A stretch of 64,000 bases of DNA from Azolla caroliniana (Eukaryota; Plantae; Polypodiophyta), in the NCBI GenBank assembly GCA_043228905.1, contig JBHGNT010000013.1:12028001-12092000 (forward strand), written 5' to 3'. Positions 59,054 to 64,000 of this stretch are shown here, piece after piece (position 1 is the stretch's first letter; each line of letters begins with the position of its first letter). The notes under the pieces are model-generated. The model was not told the DNA's origin and did no database searches. It saw only the letters and a list, made by a program, of their open reading frames with translations. The position numbers and the translations under genes were made by a program.

Positions 59054-62000
59054 ACAAGAAAGAAGAGTGCGTGGATTGCAAGGAGAAGCAACATGTGTCA
59101 CACCTAGTGGCGCATGTAAACTAGTACTACCCGACAAGAAGCACAAGCGCCGGATACAAGAATTCGAGAAGATGCTGAAAGAAGAAAACATAATAGAAGA
59201 AGGAGAGTTCGTGACTCATATTATGGAAGAAGCCTCATTTAACAACACCATCGGCGAAATCGAGGACGTCGTGGACTTGAGCTATCTTCACAACCAACGC
59301 GTGATTTCGGTTAACTCCGTCAACATGTACACTATCATCGATGAATACCGTTGTGGCATCTCGATGAAGGAAGCTGATATCAACACGAAATATAAAACGG
59401 TGGATAAGAAGATCAAGCCAATTGTGGTTCCGCTACCGGAAGATAGTTGGCAAAAGATGAAGGAAGTCGCTAACGATCCAAGCTTAAGAGATCCGAAGAA
59501 GATAGGTCATGTCTTCACCAAAGAGACGAAGGGGAAGCTTCGAGTTGGAAAGGAGGATTTCCTTCTCCCTGAAGAGGAGCGAATGTTTCGCGATATGCTT
59601 GAGAGACATGGGAAGGCTTTCGCATTCTTCCCACGAGAAATCGGATGCGCCGACCCAAAGGTTATAGAGCCCATGGTGATCTTCACAGTGCCTCATGTGC
59701 CTTGGAATTTGAAACCGATACCGGTTCCGAGAGCACACCTTCCGAAGCTGATCGAGCTCTTAAAGGAGAAGGTATGTATGGGAATTCTAGAACCGTCGAA
59801 TGCTCCTTATTCCAATAGGTGGTTCACGGTGCCGAAGAAGAATGGATCATTGCGATTCATCCAAGATCTTCAACCCGTCAACAAGGTGACAATTCGAAAT
59901 GCCGGAATCGGTCCGAGCATGGACGAATTTGCCGAAGCGTTTGCGGGCCGGTCCATCTACTCCATTGGCGATCTCTACTCCGGATATGACCAATTCCAAT
60001 TGGTGATCAACGGTCGGGACATTACAACCATGAGGACTCCGATCGGGCTTGTGCGGATGTGTACCTTACCCCAAGGCGCAACGAACTCGGTGGCTCATAT
60101 GGTGAATGCCATGAATAAAGTCTTGAAGGATTGCATTCCGGACATCACGATGCCATTCTTGGATGATATTCCGATAAAAGGATGTTCGGATGAGGAGAAA
60201 GATGAATCGAAAGATAAGGAAGGTTGTAGAAAGTTCGTTGCGGATCATATGAAAGATTGCGAGAAGGTGCTTCAAAGGCTCGAAGATGCGAATTTGACAT
60301 TTTTGGGAGAAAAATCCGCATTCGGGCAACTGGAGATCTTGGTGGTAGGTCACTTGTGTGGAGCATACGGCCGGAAGCCCTCGCCATCCAAAGTGAACGC
60401 AATCCAAGACATGAAAGAAGAATGCGAAAACCAAACGGAGGTTCGAAGGTTCCTTGGAGCGTGCGCATTTTATCATATATGGATTCCTCACTACGCTCAT
60501 GTTGTTGAACCATTATATGGACTACTAAAGAAAAGAATAAAGTTCGAATGGCTAGACGAGCACACAAAGGCAATGTGAAGATTAAAGAAACTGCTTCTTG
60601 AAGCTCCGGCACTAAGGAAGGCCGACTATGCCGAAGGGAAACCAATTTACGTGACCATAGATACGAGCCCAACCGGAATCGGGTGGGTCATCAATCAAGA
60701 AGGTGAAGATAATGCGCGATATGCCGTCCGGTTTGGAGCAAAGGTTCTCAACGAATGGCAACAAAGATATGCCCAAGTCAAGCGGGAACTTTGGGGTATT
60801 GTGTCCGCAGTGAAGACGGACAAAGATTACCTGATCGGGTCAGAAGTGATAATAGAGACAGATTGTCTCCCAATTCTCGGAATGGTCTCGGGATGTGCGA
60901 CCCCAGATCTTGCTATGCTAAGGTGGATCACCTGCATCAAGTCTTTAAACCCAGAGATCCGTCACATTGCAGGGAAGAAGAACGCCATGGCTGACATGCT
61001 GTCGAGGGCAAGATTTTCAAACGGAAGTAACATGGTTTCGGAAGATGAAGATGTCGCCCTCGACTTCTTCAAGATGGCTCGATTGTCGGCGGAAGACCGG
61101 GACACGCAAACCCTCCACGCCTTCAACGAGAACGAGTACGAAGGAGAGTGGTTACTCATCGGTAGATTCCTAAGAACATTGACGACAGATGCTTCGTTGA
61201 CAAAGGAGGAGGCCCTATGAATCCGAAAGAAAGCTTACCGATACTTCTTGAAGGGAGGATTCCTTTGGCGACATCCAAAAAGAAGGATAGGAATACCACG
61301 TCGAGTGGTGGTAAAGAAAGAAGAGCAAGAGACGCTGATGACCGAATTCCACGAGAGTGCTTGGGCAGGTCATAGAGGAACATGGGCGACGTTCGAAAAG
61401 TTGAAGGAGAAGTACTGGTGGCCAAGCATGTACAAAGATGTACTCCATTTCGTGTCCACATGCGAAACTTGCCAAGTATATTCAAATATACGTCATCGTG
61501 ATGAGTTAAAGCCGACATACCCACTCACCATACACTTCAAATGGATGGTGGATCTGGTCTCGATGCCAATGGGAGTGGGACAAATGAAGTACTTAGCGCT
61601 GGCAAGGGAAGACTTGACAAATCAAGTGGAAGGACGAGCCTTGACAAATAAGACGACTTCAGCCATTTGCAAATTTCTACTTGAAGATGTTGTTTGCCGA
61701 TATGGATGTGTAGGGAAGATAGTGGCCGACCGAGGGAGTTGGACGCGCACGAAGCGACGGAGCTCTTCGAAAGACTAGGCGTGAAGCTCTCCCTCACGAC
61801 TGCCTACAATCCGGAAGCAAATGGGAAGATCGAGCGAGGGCATGGACCTATCGTTAAAGCCATCGTACGGGCATGCAACGGTCGAGTCGGGAATTGGCCA
61901 CGACTATTACCCTATGCCTTGTGGGCCGATAAAACGACACATAGCTCGGTGATAGGGTATATGCCGACGGAGCTTATGTATGGACAAAAGCCGATTATGC

Positions 62001-62485
62001 CCATCGAAAGGACGATCGCCTCATGGGTAGCGATACCGTGGGAGAACGAGATGAGCCGAGAAGAGTTATTAGCGGCACGGATAAGGCAACTTGAAAGAAG
62101 ACCTGAAGATTTAGAAAAAGCGCGAAAGATGATGAAGGCAGCCCGAGTAAAGAACAAGGTTCGGTTCGACAACACGCATCAACTTCGTCCCAAGAAGATT
62201 GAAGAAGGGGATTGGGTTTTGGTTTACGACAACACTCTTGACAATCAACACAATACAACAAGGAAGTTCGCAAGAAGATGGTTTGGGCCGTATGTGGTGA
62301 CAAGTGCCAACGATAATGCCACATACCACCTTGCGGAACTAGACGGATCAAGGTTAGCCGTACCCATTGCGGGAAAAAGAGTAAAGATTTTCAAGAAAAG
62401 ACAAGACAAGGATCTTGACCCTGATTACCTCGACGATGAACATAACAGGGCGGATGAAAATGAAGACATGGAGGAATCTAATTGA
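58998..62485 (+). pseudogene. Element G RT-RNase H-integrase (few stops, one frameshift, no chromodomain)
   Basis: LPQG, FLDD, IDTSPTGIG, RELWG, ETDC, HHCC, DDE and GPY motifs in ORFs 59067-60578, 60651-61220, 61248-61778 and 61694-62485. Confidence 0.95.
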
Positions 62486-62557
62486 TCATCGTAGCCGAAA
62501 TCTCACTTTCTCTCTTCTTGGCACGTACCGGAGGACGTGCGGTTTGGTGGGGGTGGA

Positions 62558-63621
62558 TGTCATGAAGATTTTCGGCAATAGTGTGAAAATCCCATAAAAC
62601 GTACAAAATCGACTATAAATCACATAATACAATAATTGTGAAGATAACATTTTAAATAAATTTAATATCTAAGTACAAAATGATGGAGGTTTCGAATGCA
62701 ATTTATTACACGAGAAACGGACAACTAAATGTCAAGATATGAGGGTATAAAGTTTGTGAAAGGAAAAGAGAAAATTGTGAGATATCCCACATAGGCACGA
62801 CAAATACGGCTCTCATCATATATAAGGTGGAGCAAAAGATATTATCTTTATGTCTATGTGTGGAGCATAGAGAGTTCAAGGTAACTTGAACTAAGAGTGG
62901 AGGTGGGCTAGCTACTCGTAAAGGGTTTTGGCCAACCAAAACCGGACCGGCGATGGAGCCGGTGATCCGGCGGCATCCGACGCTAGTGAGACACCAGCAT
63001 CCGACGGCAATCCGGCACCGGTAACCGACGACATCCGGCGACTAGATAAATAAATGTATAAATATATATACATATATACATATACAAGGAGGGCAAGTAA
63101 GGATTCAAACCTTGTACCTCCAAGTTAAAAATCAATTGGCTTACCATTAAGCCATGCTATTTAGTTGAAATTATATTTCTATCATTGTACTTTTACATGT
63201 AAATTCTCATACATGAGAGCTAAAATGAGTGACATGGTTATCATGCACCACATGTAATACATAAGCGCCAAATGGCAAACATGCAATTTATGCATGTCTT
63301 GTACCCTCACATGCATCATATGCATGAGAGTATCTATAAAAGAAGGAAGGGGGAGGAGAAAAAACACGTTTTTTTTTATGAAAATTAAGAGGAAGAAATT
63401 CGTTATGAAATTGATCGTGTAACTTGTTTCTTAAATCTAAAGTTAAAAGTTCAATCAATCTCTCTCAATCGTGTAATCTCAACTTCTCTCTTTCCCAATC
63501 TATCTTAAGTACTTTCTCGCTAAAGCTTGCGCCAAAGCTTGTACCGACTTTGAATCCTTCCGGTTCAGAACCCCGACGGTTCCGCCTCACGATCCGTGCG
63601 TAGTGACGGATCTTCACGACA
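62558..63621 (+). repeat. 3' LTR of element G
   Basis: Direct repeat of 54711-54872 plus 55748-56735. Confidence 0.97.
63090..63161 (-). ncRNA. Second copy of the tRNA-like cassette (G 3' LTR), with the B box mutated to GGTTTGAATCC
   Basis: Same sequence as 56216-56287 with a CpG-type transition in the B box. Confidence 0.65.
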
Positions 63622-63945
63622 ACGTGCTCAATTCTTCAGTTGTAAGCAGGTCTTTTGATTTGCTTGAGTTCTCAATTGATAGTATATTTGGGTCGTTTGT
63701 CAATACTTTGGCCGAAGAACTGATGTAGTTGATCTCCTCTTGTCGGCCACTCTTCTGCTCGGCTCCCTAAGCCTTATCGTTTTTGGCCTTTAGTGCATGA
63801 CAATCGGCTTTTATGTGTCCGGGTTTCTTGTAGTAGTTGCAGACTTGATTATCCTGGGACTTGCTCTGACTTCGTTGATTATTCAACTACCATGAAGAAC
63901 TTCTTCCACGGTTGTTCGATCAGTCGATCGAACCTTGTACTACGT

Positions 63946-64000
63946 TGTCGTAGTGTAATTCGCACACTACGTGAAAATTTGCATTTTTGGTCTCTCCGGA
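63946..64000 (+). mobile_element. Start of another LTR of the same Gypsy group, preceded by ACGT
   Basis: TGTCGTAGTGTAATTCGCACACTACGTGAAAAT resembles the reverse-complement start of the 30920-31761 solo LTR (TGTCGTAGTGTATTTTGTACACTACGTGGAAAAT). ACGT at 63942-63945. It interrupts Copia C gag. Confidence 0.8.

Larger units (their letters stand above)
54711..63621 (+). mobile_element. Element G: near full-length non-chromovirus Ty3/Gypsy with tRNA-Trp PBS and 4-bp TSD ACAT/ACGT
   Basis: 5' LTR 54711-56735 (containing a nested solo LTR) and 3' LTR 62558-63621. 12-bp terminal inverted repeat TGTCGTGAAGAT/ATCTTCACGACA. PBS at 56744-56760 and PPT TGGTGGGGGTGGA. Flanks are ACAT (54707-54710) and ACGT (63622-63625). 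Confidence 0.97.
30238..64000 (-). mobile_element. Element C: Tnt1/Tork-like Ty1/Copia, split into pieces by nested insertions and extending past the right edge
   Basis: The coding frame rejoins across every insertion. RH lies at 30618-30919, 31766-31878 and 45608-45675 (YTDSDFAGC). RT lies at 46392-46683 and 52414-53300, INT at 53428-54330 and PR WLLDSGACFH at ~54660-54710. The gag zinc knuckle CNYYKKPGHIKADC is at ~63800-63845. The 3' LTR ends at ~30544 and its left boundary is uncertain. Confidence 0.9.

Overview
This is eukaryotic plant DNA, probably from a non-seed plant such as a fern (inferred from the transposon families only). Bases 1-13.3 kb are AT-rich. They hold what looks like the 5' leader/promoter of a minus-strand gene running off the left edge, microsatellites and decayed LINE pieces. 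From 13.3 kb to the right edge the window is one deep nest of transposons whose boundaries can be read from LTR pairs, PBS/PPT motifs and target-site duplications (TSDs). Chromovirus B hosts Copia A, which hosts a Tcn1-like chromovirus. Copia C (30.2 kb to beyond 64 kb) hosts Copia D, which hosts a hAT element with an open 747-aa transposase, which hosts Copia E. Copia C also hosts a Copia solo LTR and five insertions (one nested in another's LTR) of a tRNA-Trp-primed, non-chromovirus Gypsy group. That group is the most unusual feature, for three reasons. (i) All five insertions sit at 4-bp ACG(T/G) targets. (ii) Gag-PR is joined to RT-RH-INT by a conserved GGAUUUU-UAG -1 frameshift cassette with a downstream stem/pseudoknot. 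(iii) Two divergent LTR types carry a tRNA-like A-box/B-box (Pol III) cassette at the same place in U3, pointing away from the TATA box. All calls were made by eye, with no database searches.
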